Assembly: GCA_965119435.1 (NCBI GenBank)
Contig: CBCPLQ010000014.1
Span: forward strand, 4,747 to 68,746
Length of the DNA: 64,000 nucleotides
From: an uncultured Vagococcus sp.
GTDB lineage: Bacteria > Bacillota > Bacilli > Lactobacillales > Vagococcaceae
Direction of reading: 5' to 3'
The notes under the pieces are model-generated. The model was not told the DNA's origin and searched no databases. It saw only the letters and a list, made by a program, of their open reading frames with translations. A program made the translations under genes and the position numbers. This document shows, one piece after another, positions 42,834 to 52,391 of this stretch (positions are counted from its first letter, which is position 1; each line of letters opens with the position of its first letter).

Positions 42834-44483
42834 ATGAAAAAGAAATTATTATTGGGTAGTATTTTGGTGCTGGGACTTGTATTAAGTGCTTGTGGTGGAG
42901 GGAACTCAGTAGAAAAAAGTAAGGCTTCTGCAAGTAATAAAGAAAATATAGAGCAAAAAATAACTATTAGTACCCCTACACCTATTTCAACACTTGATAC
43001 AACGCAAACAACAGATAAAAATACATTTACGACCGTTCAACATTTATTTGAGGGATTAACTCGTTTTGATGATGAGACGAAGCCTATCCCAGGTCTTGCA
43101 GAAGCAATTGATCTCAGTGAAGATGGTAAAAAGTATACATTTAAGTTAAAAGAAAATGCTAAATGGAGTAATGGGGATAAAATTGTGGCACAAGATTTTG
43201 AATACGCTTGGAAACGATTGTTAGACCCAAAAACTCAAGGACCTAATGCTTATTTACTTGATAATGTTGTAAATGGATTAGCTGTTAGAACTGGGAATAA
43301 AAGTGTGGATGAAGTAGGATTTAAAGCAGTTTCTGATATTGAATTTAAAGTGGAACTTGAACACCCTCAACCATCATTCTTGGCAGTTCTTGCCATTGGT
43401 TGGTTATCCCCACAGCAAGAAGAATTTGTTAATAAACTTGGGGATAAGTATGGAACTAATAGTGAATCCCTTCTTTACAGTGGCCCTTTTGTACTGACTA
43501 ATTGGGATGGAACGAGTGACACATGGACTTTAGCAAAAAATGAAGCATATTATGATGAAAAAGCAGTCAAATTAAAAGAGATAGAGGTCCAAACATTAAA
43601 AGAAGAAAATACAGGAATTAATTTGTTTGAAAGTGAGGAGCTGGATTTAGTTAGAATCAGTGGTCAAAATGTTTCGCAATATAAAAACCTTCCTGGTTAT
43701 GTCACTTTTTCTGATGTGTCTAATAGTTTTTTAGATTTTAATCAAAAAAAGGGAACACCTCTAGCAAATCTTAATTTAAGAAAAGCTATTTCTTTAGCCA
43801 TTGATAAAAAATCTTTAACAGAAAATGTCTTAGCGGATGGCTCAAAACCGTTAAATGGATTAGTTCCTGCTAATTTATATCAAAATGCTGAAACCAAAGA
43901 AGATTACCGTAAATATGCAGGCGAATTTGCGACATATAATTTAGAAGAAGCTCGTAAAAATTTTGAAAAAGCAAAAAAAGAAATTGGAAAACCAATTGAA
44001 ATAAACTTTTTAGCAGCAGATACGGACCAAGGAAAGAAAGTTTCTGAGTATATCCAAAGTGAGTTAGAAAAAAATCTAAAGGGACTAAAAATATCAGTGA
44101 ACTTACAACCATCAAATAACTTAAATCAATCGAGGCAAGATAAAGATTACGAATTATCTTTATCAGGTTGGATAGCAGGTAGTAGTGAGTTAGATTCATA
44201 TTTTAATCTTTATGCAAATGATTCTTCATATAATTATGGTAGTTTTAACAATGAAACGTATACTAAATTAGTAACAGATGCTAAAACAGTGAATGCTAAT
44301 AAACCAGATAAACAATTTACTGATTATAAACAAGCAGAAGATATCTTATTAAATCAAGAAGCAGCTCAAGTTCCCATTTACCAAAGTGCTTCAAACTATC
44401 TAGTTAACCCCAAAATTAGTCAAGTGGAATACCCACTTTATGGTGGTTATTTCTTTTTAAGAAATGCTGAAGTAACAGAATAA
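42834..44483 (+). CDS. Oligopeptide-binding lipoprotein (OppA paralog 2), T-box controlled
   Basis: Lipobox LSAC, WSNGDKIVAQDFEYAWKR; start MKKK after SD aaggag. Confidence 0.92.
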   Translation: MKKKLLLGSILVLGLVLSACGGGNSVEKSKASASNKENIEQKITISTPTPISTLDTTQTTDKNTFTTVQHLFEGLTRFDDETKPIPGLAEAIDLSEDGKKYTFKLKENAKWSNGDKIVAQDFEYAWKRLLDPKTQGPNAYLLDNVVNGLAVRTGNKSVDEVGFKAVSDIEFKVELEHPQPSFLAVLAIGWLSPQQEEFVNKLGDKYGTNSESLLYSGPFVLTNWDGTSDTWTLAKNEAYYDEKAVKLKEIEVQTLKEENTGINLFESEELDLVRISGQNVSQYKNLPGYVTFSDVSNSFLDFNQKKGTPLANLNLRKAISLAIDKKSLTENVLADGSKPLNGLVPANLYQNAETKEDYRKYAGEFATYNLEEARKNFEKAKKEIGKPIEINFLAADTDQGKKVSEYIQSELEKNLKGLKISVNLQPSNNLNQSRQDKDYELSLSGWIAGSSELDSYFNLYANDSSYNYGSFNNETYTKLVTDAKTVNANKPDKQFTDYKQAEDILLNQEAAQVPIYQSASNYLVNPKISQVEYPLYGGYFFLRNAEVTE

Positions 44484-44495
44484 TAGGAGGAAAGA

Positions 44496-45719
44496 ATGAA
44501 AAATAAATTATTAGAGCGGTTTATAACGTATGCTAAATTAAATACACGCTCAGATGCTAGTAGCAAGAGTATCCCTACCACAAAGGGTCAGGAAGTATTT
44601 GCGAATATATTAAAGTCAGAATTAGAAAAAATTGGCTTGTCATCTATCTTTTACAATAAAAAAAATGGATTTCTAACAGCTTGCTTACCTAAGAATACGG
44701 ATGGTTATTTAGCGGTTGGTTTGATAGCCCACTTAGATACGGCTGATTTTAATGCGGAAAATATCACACCTAAAATCCATGAGAATTATAATGGGGAAGA
44801 TGTGTTATTAAATATAGAAAAAAATTATGTAATGAAAACGAGCGAATTTCCAAATCTTAAGGAATACATTGGACAAACTTTAATTACCACAGATGGAACG
44901 ACTCTTTTAGGAGCAGATGATAAAGCGGGAATTGTTGAAATACTAGGTGCATTAGATTATTTTATAGAGAATATTGAAGAGAAACATGGGGATATTTGGG
45001 TAGCATTTGGACCAGATGAAGAAATTGGACAAGGAGCAGACCGTTTTGATGCTAAAGAATTTCCGGTGGAATTTGCTTATACGATTGATAGTGGTCGGAT
45101 CGGACATTTTGAGTATGAAACATTTAATGCGGCACAAGCAACCATTAAAATTGATGGAACCAGTGTTCACCCAGGCACTGCTTACGGTATGATGGTTAAC
45201 GCTATTAAAATAGGAAATTTAATTGATCAATTATTGCCCCAAGAAGAAGTACCAGAAAAAACAAGAAATAGAGAAGGATTCTATTTACTTCATGATTTCA
45301 AAGGAACGATTGATCAAGCTGAGATGACCTACATTATTAGAGATCATGATAAACATAAATTTGAAACAAGAAAAGAAAAGCTAACTCAAATTGTAGATAA
45401 AGTAAATGCTGATTTAGGTCAGAAACGAGTTTCCATAACCTTAAAAGATCAATACTATAATATGGGAGACATTATTGAAAATGATAGCCAATCTGTTGAC
45501 ATAGCAATTAGAGCAATGGAAAAATTAGAAATAAACCCGATTATTACTCCTTTTAGAGGAGGTACAGATGGATCAAAAATATCATATATGGGAATACCAA
45601 CTCCGAATATTTTTACAGGAGGAGAGAATTTCCACGGTCAATATGAATTTATTACCCTTGAAGCAATGGAAGTCGCAACTAAGACAATTATCGAAATCGT
45701 GAAAGAAAGTAAAAAGTAA
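44496..45719 (+). CDS. pepT: Peptidase T (tripeptide aminopeptidase)
   Basis: AHLDTA, LGADDKAG, PDEEIG, RGGTDG, NFHG. Confidence 0.95.
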   Translation: MKNKLLERFITYAKLNTRSDASSKSIPTTKGQEVFANILKSELEKIGLSSIFYNKKNGFLTACLPKNTDGYLAVGLIAHLDTADFNAENITPKIHENYNGEDVLLNIEKNYVMKTSEFPNLKEYIGQTLITTDGTTLLGADDKAGIVEILGALDYFIENIEEKHGDIWVAFGPDEEIGQGADRFDAKEFPVEFAYTIDSGRIGHFEYETFNAAQATIKIDGTSVHPGTAYGMMVNAIKIGNLIDQLLPQEEVPEKTRNREGFYLLHDFKGTIDQAEMTYIIRDHDKHKFETRKEKLTQIVDKVNADLGQKRVSITLKDQYYNMGDIIENDSQSVDIAIRAMEKLEINPIITPFRGGTDGSKISYMGIPTPNIFTGGENFHGQYEFITLEAMEVATKTIIEIVKESKK

Positions 45720-45812
45720 GTTTTTAAAACTTTGACTATCATTTTAAAATATCTTACACTTTAGTTAGGGAAGGGAAAGTTCATGACGATTTAAACTTAG
45801 GAGGAAACAGCA

Positions 45813-46595
45813 ATGGTAAAAATATTAAGTGGTAAAAAAGCAATTATTACAGGTGCTGGATCAGGAATAGGAAGAGCAACTGCAGTTAAATTAGCAACAG
45901 AAGGTGCTTCTGTGGGATTGCTAGATATTAATCCTGAAAGTTTAATAGAGTTATCGGAAGAACTAACTCAAATTGGCGTTAAAAATTATTATGAAGTAAC
46001 GGATGTGTCTAAAGAGCAAGAATTATTAAACGCTATCCAAACCTTGGCTCAAAAGCTAAATGGAGTAGATATATTAATTGTTAATGCAGGGATTAACGGC
46101 ACGTGGACACCAATCGAAAATCTATCTAATTCAGATTGGAATAGAACAATTCAAACCAATTTGACGAGTACATTTGTTTCTGTAAAAACCGTTATACCTT
46201 ATATGAAGGAAACAGGTGGTAAAATAGTTATAACGAGCTCAATTAATGGGAATCGAATTTACAACAACTTTGGTGCGAGTGCTTATAGTACATCAAAAGC
46301 TGGACAAGTTGCTTTTATGAAGATGGCGGCATTAGAACTTGCAAGATATAACATTCGTGTGAATGCCGTTTGTCCTGGAGCAATAGATACTAAAATTAAT
46401 GACAGCACAACGATTACTAAAGAAACGGAAGAAGTTTCAATCAAAGTAGAATTTCCTGAAGGTTCTCGCCCACTTTTAGATGAGTCTGGTAAACCAGAAC
46501 AAGTGGCTAATGTAATTTGTTTCTTATCTTCAGATGATTCTGCCAATGTGACAGGAACTGAGATGTATGTTGATGGAGCTGAGTCTTTATTGTAG
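45813..46595 (+). CDS. SDR-family oxidoreductase
   Basis: TGAGSGIG, NAG, YSTSK; own promoter TTGACT(45732)-17-TACACT. Confidence 0.9.
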   Translation: MVKILSGKKAIITGAGSGIGRATAVKLATEGASVGLLDINPESLIELSEELTQIGVKNYYEVTDVSKEQELLNAIQTLAQKLNGVDILIVNAGINGTWTPIENLSNSDWNRTIQTNLTSTFVSVKTVIPYMKETGGKIVITSSINGNRIYNNFGASAYSTSKAGQVAFMKMAALELARYNIRVNAVCPGAIDTKINDSTTITKETEEVSIKVEFPEGSRPLLDESGKPEQVANVICFLSSDDSANVTGTEMYVDGAESLL

Positions 46596-46617
46596 TAGGA
46601 TTAAAAAGTCAAGTTAG

Positions 46618-46659
46618 AAAAAAGCTTAAAAATTATTTATTTAATTTTTAAGCTTTTTT
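46618..46659. terminator. Terminator
   Basis: aaaaaagcttaaaaatt / aatttttaagctttttt. Confidence 0.75.
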
Positions 46660-46733
46660 AATTGGTTCTAGTTTGTGAATATAGATACTAAAAAGGTTGA
46701 AATCATAAAATAAATATTGTAAACTTTGTTTAG

Positions 46734-46751
46734 TTGTTCATATAATCACAA
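46734..46751. promoter_or_regulatory. Candidate Rex operator over the -10 of the fumarate reductase gene
   Basis: TTGTTCATATAATCACAA, 11/14 to TTGTGAA-N4-TTCACAA; extra half-site TTGTGAA at 46673. Confidence 0.45.
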
Positions 46752-46766
46752 TAAAGGAGAATAGCA

Positions 46767-48281
46767 ATGAAAAATAAAATGTTAAAAACTGTAGCTACAA
46801 GTTTAACGGTTATGTTTCTTTTAGCAGGGTGTGCAAGTAGTAAAGACTCTACTAAAAAAGAGGGAACTAAAAAAACAGAAAGTTCAAGCTCAGAAGTTAC
46901 TACAGGAGCTTCTGAAAAAGGCTACACTGATCCTAAGGAAATGAAGGATCAGTACGATATTGTTATTGTCGGAGCTGGTGGAGCAGGTATGGCTGCGGCG
47001 ATTGAAGCAAAAGATGAAGGTAAGAATCCAGTTATTTTAGAAAAAATGCCTGTTGCAGGTGGGAATACACTAAAATCTTCAAGTGGAATGAATGCCTCAG
47101 AAACAAAAGTTCAAAAAGAACAAGGCATTAAAGATAGTAATGATAAGTTTTATGAGGAAACACTTAAAGGTGGACATGGAACTAATGATAAAGAATTGTT
47201 ACGTTATTATGTTGATAACTCTGCTGGAGCTATTGATTGGTTAGACGATATGGGAATCAAATTAAACAATTTAACCATTACAGGTGGAATGAGTGAAAAA
47301 AGAACTCATCGTCCAGAAGATGGCTCAGCTGTTGGGGGCTATTTAGTTGATGGGTTACTGCGAAATGTTTACGAAAAACAAATTCCGATTTTCGTTAATG
47401 CTGATGTAACAGAAATTACTGAAAAAGATAATGCTATTACGGGCGTAAAAGTAAAAGTTGATAAAAAAGAAAAAGAGATTAAAAGTAATGCAGTTGTTGT
47501 TACAACAGGTGGTTATGGTGCAAATCCAGAGATGTTAGAAAAAGAAAAACCTGAATTAAAAGGTTATGTAACGACTAACTCTGAAGGTAGTACTGGTGAT
47601 GGTATTAAAATGATTGAAAAATTAGGTGGACAAACAGTTGATATGGATCAAATTCAAATTCACCCAACGGTTCAACAAGATAAAGGAATTTTGATCGGTG
47701 AAGCTGTACGTGGTGAAGGTGGAATATTAGTTTCTCAAGCAGGTAAACGTTTCGTTAATGAAATGGATACTCGTGATAACGTATCTGCTGCTGAGAATAA
47801 ACTAAAGGAGAAATCATCTTACTTAATCTTTGATGCAGGTGTCAAAGAGCGAGTTAAAGCGATTGATTTCTATGAGAAACAAGGATTTGTTAAAAAATCA
47901 GAATCAATAGAAGGATTAGCTAAAGAAATAGATATGGATCCAAAAACATTAAATGACACTGTAGCAACATGGAACAAAGCAGTAGCCGATAAAAAGGATT
48001 CAGAATTTAATCGTGAAACTGGAATGGACCATGGCCTAGCACAATCAGATTTTTATGCGATTAAAATCGCTCCAGGCATCCATTATACAATGGGTGGCGT
48101 TAAGATTAATGATAAGACAGAAGTTTTAGATAAAGAGGGTAAAGCAATAACAGGACTGTATGCATCTGGTGAATTAACAGGTGGCTTGCACGGTGAAAAT
48201 CGTATTGGTGGTAACTCAGTAGGAGATATTATTGTATTTGGTCGCCAATCTGGTAAGCAAGCAGCAGCATTCGTCAAATAA
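46767..48281 (+). CDS. Lipoprotein flavocytochrome c-type fumarate reductase (Listeria FrdA-like)
   Basis: Lipobox LAGC, GAGGAG, RTHRP, QIHPT, EAVRGEG, HYTMGG, RIGGNS. Confidence 0.9.
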   Translation: MKNKMLKTVATSLTVMFLLAGCASSKDSTKKEGTKKTESSSSEVTTGASEKGYTDPKEMKDQYDIVIVGAGGAGMAAAIEAKDEGKNPVILEKMPVAGGNTLKSSSGMNASETKVQKEQGIKDSNDKFYEETLKGGHGTNDKELLRYYVDNSAGAIDWLDDMGIKLNNLTITGGMSEKRTHRPEDGSAVGGYLVDGLLRNVYEKQIPIFVNADVTEITEKDNAITGVKVKVDKKEKEIKSNAVVVTTGGYGANPEMLEKEKPELKGYVTTNSEGSTGDGIKMIEKLGGQTVDMDQIQIHPTVQQDKGILIGEAVRGEGGILVSQAGKRFVNEMDTRDNVSAAENKLKEKSSYLIFDAGVKERVKAIDFYEKQGFVKKSESIEGLAKEIDMDPKTLNDTVATWNKAVADKKDSEFNRETGMDHGLAQSDFYAIKIAPGIHYTMGGVKINDKTEVLDKEGKAITGLYASGELTGGLHGENRIGGNSVGDIIVFGRQSGKQAAAFVK

Positions 48282-48290
48282 TGAGATAAT

Positions 48291-48339
48291 AAGAGGTTGC
48301 GATGAAAGTATAGACACTTTTGGTTGCAACTTCTTTTTT
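48291..48339 (+). terminator. Terminator (repeat family member)
   Basis: aagaggttgcgat-gaaagt...acttt-tggttgcaacttctt followed by T-tract. Confidence 0.7.
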
Positions 48340-48365
48340 ATGATATCTAGAAAGAAGGAATATGT

Positions 48366-48671
48366 ATGAAGAAACGTGAACATTTACTCGTTTGTTTAAT
48401 GGAAGAGTGTGCGGAGGTTCAACAGGCAGTTGCTAAAGGCTTACGATTTGGTTTGGATGATCATCATCCAGATTATTCAGAAATAACCAATGAAGCTGAG
48501 ATACTGACAGAATTTTATCAATTAGTAACTGTAATGGAATTATTGCAAGAGGAAGGTTCGATTGAACGATTAACTAATGAAGAAATTGCAAAGATAAAAG
48601 AAAATAAACGAGCAAAACTAAATAAATACATGAAATACTCGCGAGAAGAGCGTCATTTAATAGAGGATTGA
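48366..48671 (+). CDS. Small all-alpha NTP-pyrophosphohydrolase (MazG-like) protein
   Basis: LMEECAEVQQAVAKGLRFG motif seen in MazG-like/phage proteins; SD aagga. Confidence 0.6.
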   Translation: MKKREHLLVCLMEECAEVQQAVAKGLRFGLDDHHPDYSEITNEAEILTEFYQLVTVMELLQEEGSIERLTNEEIAKIKENKRAKLNKYMKYSREERHLIED

Positions 48672-48759
48672 TAATCCTAAATAAAATGATTATGTATTTT
48701 TATTAATCTTTGATACACTATAAATACAGTAGTTTTAGTGTGTTTATAGGAGGATCCTA

Positions 48760-51585
48760 ATGAAGCGTATTGATAGGGTGTATCAATATATAAAAGAAGA
48801 GACAAAAAATTTAGAAGTAGATCAATTAAGTAATGGTTCTGGTGTAACAACTAATCAAGTTGCTGAATACTTTGAGATTCAACGAAGTAATGCTAGTAAG
48901 GATTTAAACAGCTTGGTTCGAGAAGGTTTAATAGACAAACTAGATGGAAGACCAGTTCGCTATGTGTGTAAATCAGTATTTAGACATAAACCATTGTCGA
49001 AGTATGTAGAAAGTTACCGAGAAGCAGAAGCGCCAACGATAAAGGCTAATAAAAAAGAAATACTATTTAGTTCTGAAGATATTTTTAAACGTGTAGTAGG
49101 CGCTTATGGAAGCATGAAAAATGCGACAGAACAAGCTAAAGCAGCTATTTTATACCCACCCAAAGGATTAAATTCGTTAATTATTGGCCCGACAGGATCA
49201 GGAAAAACATTTTTTGCTCATACAATGTTTCAATTTGCAAAAGAAAACCAAGTGATTGAAAAAAATAAAGAAATGATTGTCTTTAATTGTGCAGATTATG
49301 CAAGTAATCCAGAATTATTGATGAGCCATTTGTTTGGACATATAAAAGGAGCTTTCACAGGAGCAGATCAAGAAAAAGAAGGTTTGATTAGTTTAGCTAA
49401 TGGTAGTTTTTTATTTTTAGATGAAATTCATCGATTACCTCCAGAAGGACAGGAAATGGTTTTTTATTTTATGGATAATGGTACTTTCGCTAAATTAGGG
49501 GAGACGCAAAAAAATCAAAGCTCAAGTGTTCGAATTATCTGTGCAACAACAGAAGACCCATCGTCTGCTCTTTTAAATACCTTCGTTAGAAGAATTCCAA
49601 TTACTATCCAGTTGCCTAATTTTAAAGATCGTACAGCTAAAGAAAAGATTGATTTAGTTAAATTAATGATGACAATGGAAGCAAAAAGAATTCAACGAAA
49701 AATTGTATTGAGTGAAGATGTAGTAAAGGCGTTAATAGGGAGTGTCTCGTATGGTAATGTCGGACAGTTAAAATCAAATGTCCAATTGGTGACAGCTCAA
49801 TCTTTTTTAAAACATATGGAACAAGATGAAATCCAAATAACAATTGAGGAATTAAATGAGAGCATAATAGAAGGATTGCTTACGCTTTCTCATGATCGGA
49901 AAAGTTTGGCGGAATTGACCCCACTTTTAATCCCCCAATTAATTATCTCGCCTAACGAGCCACTAGATATGTTTGAGGAGGATTCTTATGAATTACCTTA
50001 CAACTTATATGAAATTATTGGCGATAAAGCAGCGGTTTTAAAAGAAGATGGCTTAACGCAAGATGCTATCAATCATTTTATTTCGACAGACATTAATGTC
50101 CATTTGAAATCATTTTACCGAAATCATGGTTTTACCTTTGATACAGAAAGTAAATTGACAGAAATTATTGATCAGCGAATTATTAATACAACAAGAAGAA
50201 TATATGAATATGCTAGATCAGCTTTAAATTATGATTTTCAAACGAATTTTCTTTACGCAATGGGGCTTCATATCAGTTCTTTTTTAAATCGTCTCCAAAA
50301 TAAGTCGGAACGCTTTAATCAAGACAATGAAAATATTAAGAATATGGTCGCTCACTATCCAGAAGAAATGGAGGTAGCTAAAGTATTCAAGAAAATTATC
50401 GAAGAAGATTATCCTGTAGAGGTACCTTTATCAGAAGTTCATTACTTAACCGTTTTACTAGTATCTTTAAGGGAAAATAAAGAAGATGGTCGAATTGGAA
50501 TAGTTGTAGCAGCCCATGGAAATTCGACAGCTACCAGTATGGTTCAGGTGGTTACCCAGCTATTAAAAGTGGATAATTTGAGAGCCGTGGATATGCCATT
50601 AGAAATGAAACCAAAAGATGCGTTTGAAAAAATTGTAGAAGAGGTTGTATCCGTTAACGAAGGAAGCGGAGTTATGCTTTTAGTGGATATGGGCTCACTA
50701 GGTACTTTTTCAGATGAGTTAAAAATGCAAACAGGAATTGAAATTAAAGTGGTGGATATGGTTACAACTTCAATTGTTTTGGAAGCAGCAAGAAAATCAA
50801 GTTTACTAGATACGACACTTGAAGATTTGTTTGATTCTTTATCACATTTTCATGGGTACACAATGACAGAGACACAAGAAGAGGAAGCAGGCAAAATCAG
50901 ATCTCATAAAGAAGAAGCGATTGTAGCAATTTGTGCATCAGGTAAAGGAACTGCTCAGCGAATGAAAGAGTTGATTGATCACTATTTGTTGGCAAGATTT
51001 GATACAGAAATAGCCGTTTTTCCAATATCGATTGTTGAATTAAATCAAGAAATTAAGCAAATCCAAAAAGAGTATGAAATTATTGCTTCTACAGGTATCA
51101 AAGATCCTAAAATTAATGTGCCGTTTATTTCAATGGATACACTGTTTTCAGAGAAAGGAACAAGTGTATTGGAAGAGGTTTTAACTAATCGATATGAGGA
51201 AAATACAGAAGAACTGACAATGAATAAAGCTCAAAAGATTTGCCATGATTATATAAATGAAAGTTTTACCTTTATTAACTCAGATAAATTGTTACCACCA
51301 ATTTGGCATTTTGCACATAAAATATGTGAGGTAGAGTTAATTGAAGATGATCCAGGTTTTTACATAAATTTATGCATGCACACGGCAGGAGCTATTGAAA
51401 GAGAGCTCAGAAATGATACATTGACAACGACAAATGAAGAGTTGGTTGAAATGAAGGAAACTTTGATGTACCAAAGATTATCACCAATATTCGATGAGAT
51501 TAATGGTATGTTACAGCTCTCTTTTTCAGATAGTGAAATTTATTTTATTTGCCAAATTATAAAAAACGAAAAATTAAAACAATAA
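48760..51585 (+). CDS. mptR: Sigma54-dependent LevR/ManR-type activator with PRD and EIIA domains
   Basis: GPTGSGKT, FNCADY, GAFTGA, FLDEIH, AAHGNSTA. Confidence 0.92.
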   Translation: MKRIDRVYQYIKEETKNLEVDQLSNGSGVTTNQVAEYFEIQRSNASKDLNSLVREGLIDKLDGRPVRYVCKSVFRHKPLSKYVESYREAEAPTIKANKKEILFSSEDIFKRVVGAYGSMKNATEQAKAAILYPPKGLNSLIIGPTGSGKTFFAHTMFQFAKENQVIEKNKEMIVFNCADYASNPELLMSHLFGHIKGAFTGADQEKEGLISLANGSFLFLDEIHRLPPEGQEMVFYFMDNGTFAKLGETQKNQSSSVRIICATTEDPSSALLNTFVRRIPITIQLPNFKDRTAKEKIDLVKLMMTMEAKRIQRKIVLSEDVVKALIGSVSYGNVGQLKSNVQLVTAQSFLKHMEQDEIQITIEELNESIIEGLLTLSHDRKSLAELTPLLIPQLIISPNEPLDMFEEDSYELPYNLYEIIGDKAAVLKEDGLTQDAINHFISTDINVHLKSFYRNHGFTFDTESKLTEIIDQRIINTTRRIYEYARSALNYDFQTNFLYAMGLHISSFLNRLQNKSERFNQDNENIKNMVAHYPEEMEVAKVFKKIIEEDYPVEVPLSEVHYLTVLLVSLRENKEDGRIGIVVAAHGNSTATSMVQVVTQLLKVDNLRAVDMPLEMKPKDAFEKIVEEVVSVNEGSGVMLLVDMGSLGTFSDELKMQTGIEIKVVDMVTTSIVLEAARKSSLLDTTLEDLFDSLSHFHGYTMTETQEEEAGKIRSHKEEAIVAICASGKGTAQRMKELIDHYLLARFDTEIAVFPISIVELNQEIKQIQKEYEIIASTGIKDPKINVPFISMDTLFSEKGTSVLEEVLTNRYEENTEELTMNKAQKICHDYINESFTFINSDKLLPPIWHFAHKICEVELIEDDPGFYINLCMHTAGAIERELRNDTLTTTNEELVEMKETLMYQRLSPIFDEINGMLQLSFSDSEIYFICQIIKNEKLKQ

Positions 51586-51595
51586 TAAATGTTTT

Positions 51596-51651
51596 AAAAT
51601 ACAGTAAAAATACACTTATAATTGAAATATAGTGTATTTTTACTGTATTTT
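51596..51651. repeat. 21-bp perfect inverted repeat (candidate MptR UAS and/or terminator)
   Basis: aaaatacagtaaaaatacact-N14-agtgtatttttactgtatttt, about 80-135 bp upstream of the -24/-12 promoter. Confidence 0.8.
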
Positions 51652-51730
51652 TGATTAGTGTATCTTCTAAGAGTGACATTAGAAGATTGATTTGACTACT
51701 TTTTAAAAAATTTACAAAAGAAAATAAAGT

Positions 51731-51746
51731 TGGCATGCTATTTGCA
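51731..51746 (+). promoter_or_regulatory. Sigma54 (-24/-12) promoter
   Basis: TGGCAT-GCTAT-TTGCA. Confidence 0.9.
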
Positions 51747-51826
51747 TATATAGTTATGTATGATAGGAATACTCTGTTTGATACGTTTGTATCATTTTAA
51801 TAGCCATCTAAGTGAGGGGGATTTTA

Positions 51827-52324
51827 ATGGCCATAGATATTCGGTTAGTACGCATTGATGATCGTTTAATTCATGGTCAAGTAGCAACAGCGTGGTCTAA
51901 GCAAATGGAAATTGATCGGATTCTAGTTATCAGTGATGAAGCTGCCGAGAATCCAATCAGAAAGCTTTTATTAAAACAAGCAGCACCTAATGGTATTAGG
52001 GTAAACGTCATTAGCGTAGCGCGCATGATTGATGTTTATCAAAGTGACATTTTACAATTTGAAAAAATAGCACTTCTGTTTACATCTCCTCAAGATGTTG
52101 AGGTTTTAGTTAGGAAAGGAATGAAGATTTCTTCTATTAACGTTGGCGGAATGAGTTTTTCAAATGGTAAAAAAATGCTAACAAATTTTATTTCAGTAAA
52201 TGAAAAAGATATATCATCTTTTATCTATTTATCAAAAGAAGGTATTGAACTTGAAATTAGAAAGGTTCCGGCTGACCACAAACAAAACTTAGTTGAATTA
52301 TTAAAAAAGCAGAACTTCATATAG
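51827..52324 (+). CDS. mptB: Stand-alone mannose-family PTS EIIB
   Basis: RIDDRLIHGQV, NVGG. Confidence 0.88.
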   Translation: MAIDIRLVRIDDRLIHGQVATAWSKQMEIDRILVISDEAAENPIRKLLLKQAAPNGIRVNVISVARMIDVYQSDILQFEKIALLFTSPQDVEVLVRKGMKISSINVGGMSFSNGKKMLTNFISVNEKDISSFIYLSKEGIELEIRKVPADHKQNLVELLKKQNFI

Positions 52325-52391
52325 AAATAAAGTGCGTGGAGATAAAGCCATTGCCTTTATAGATAAAAAATTAAAAGTAGGAGGTAGAAGA

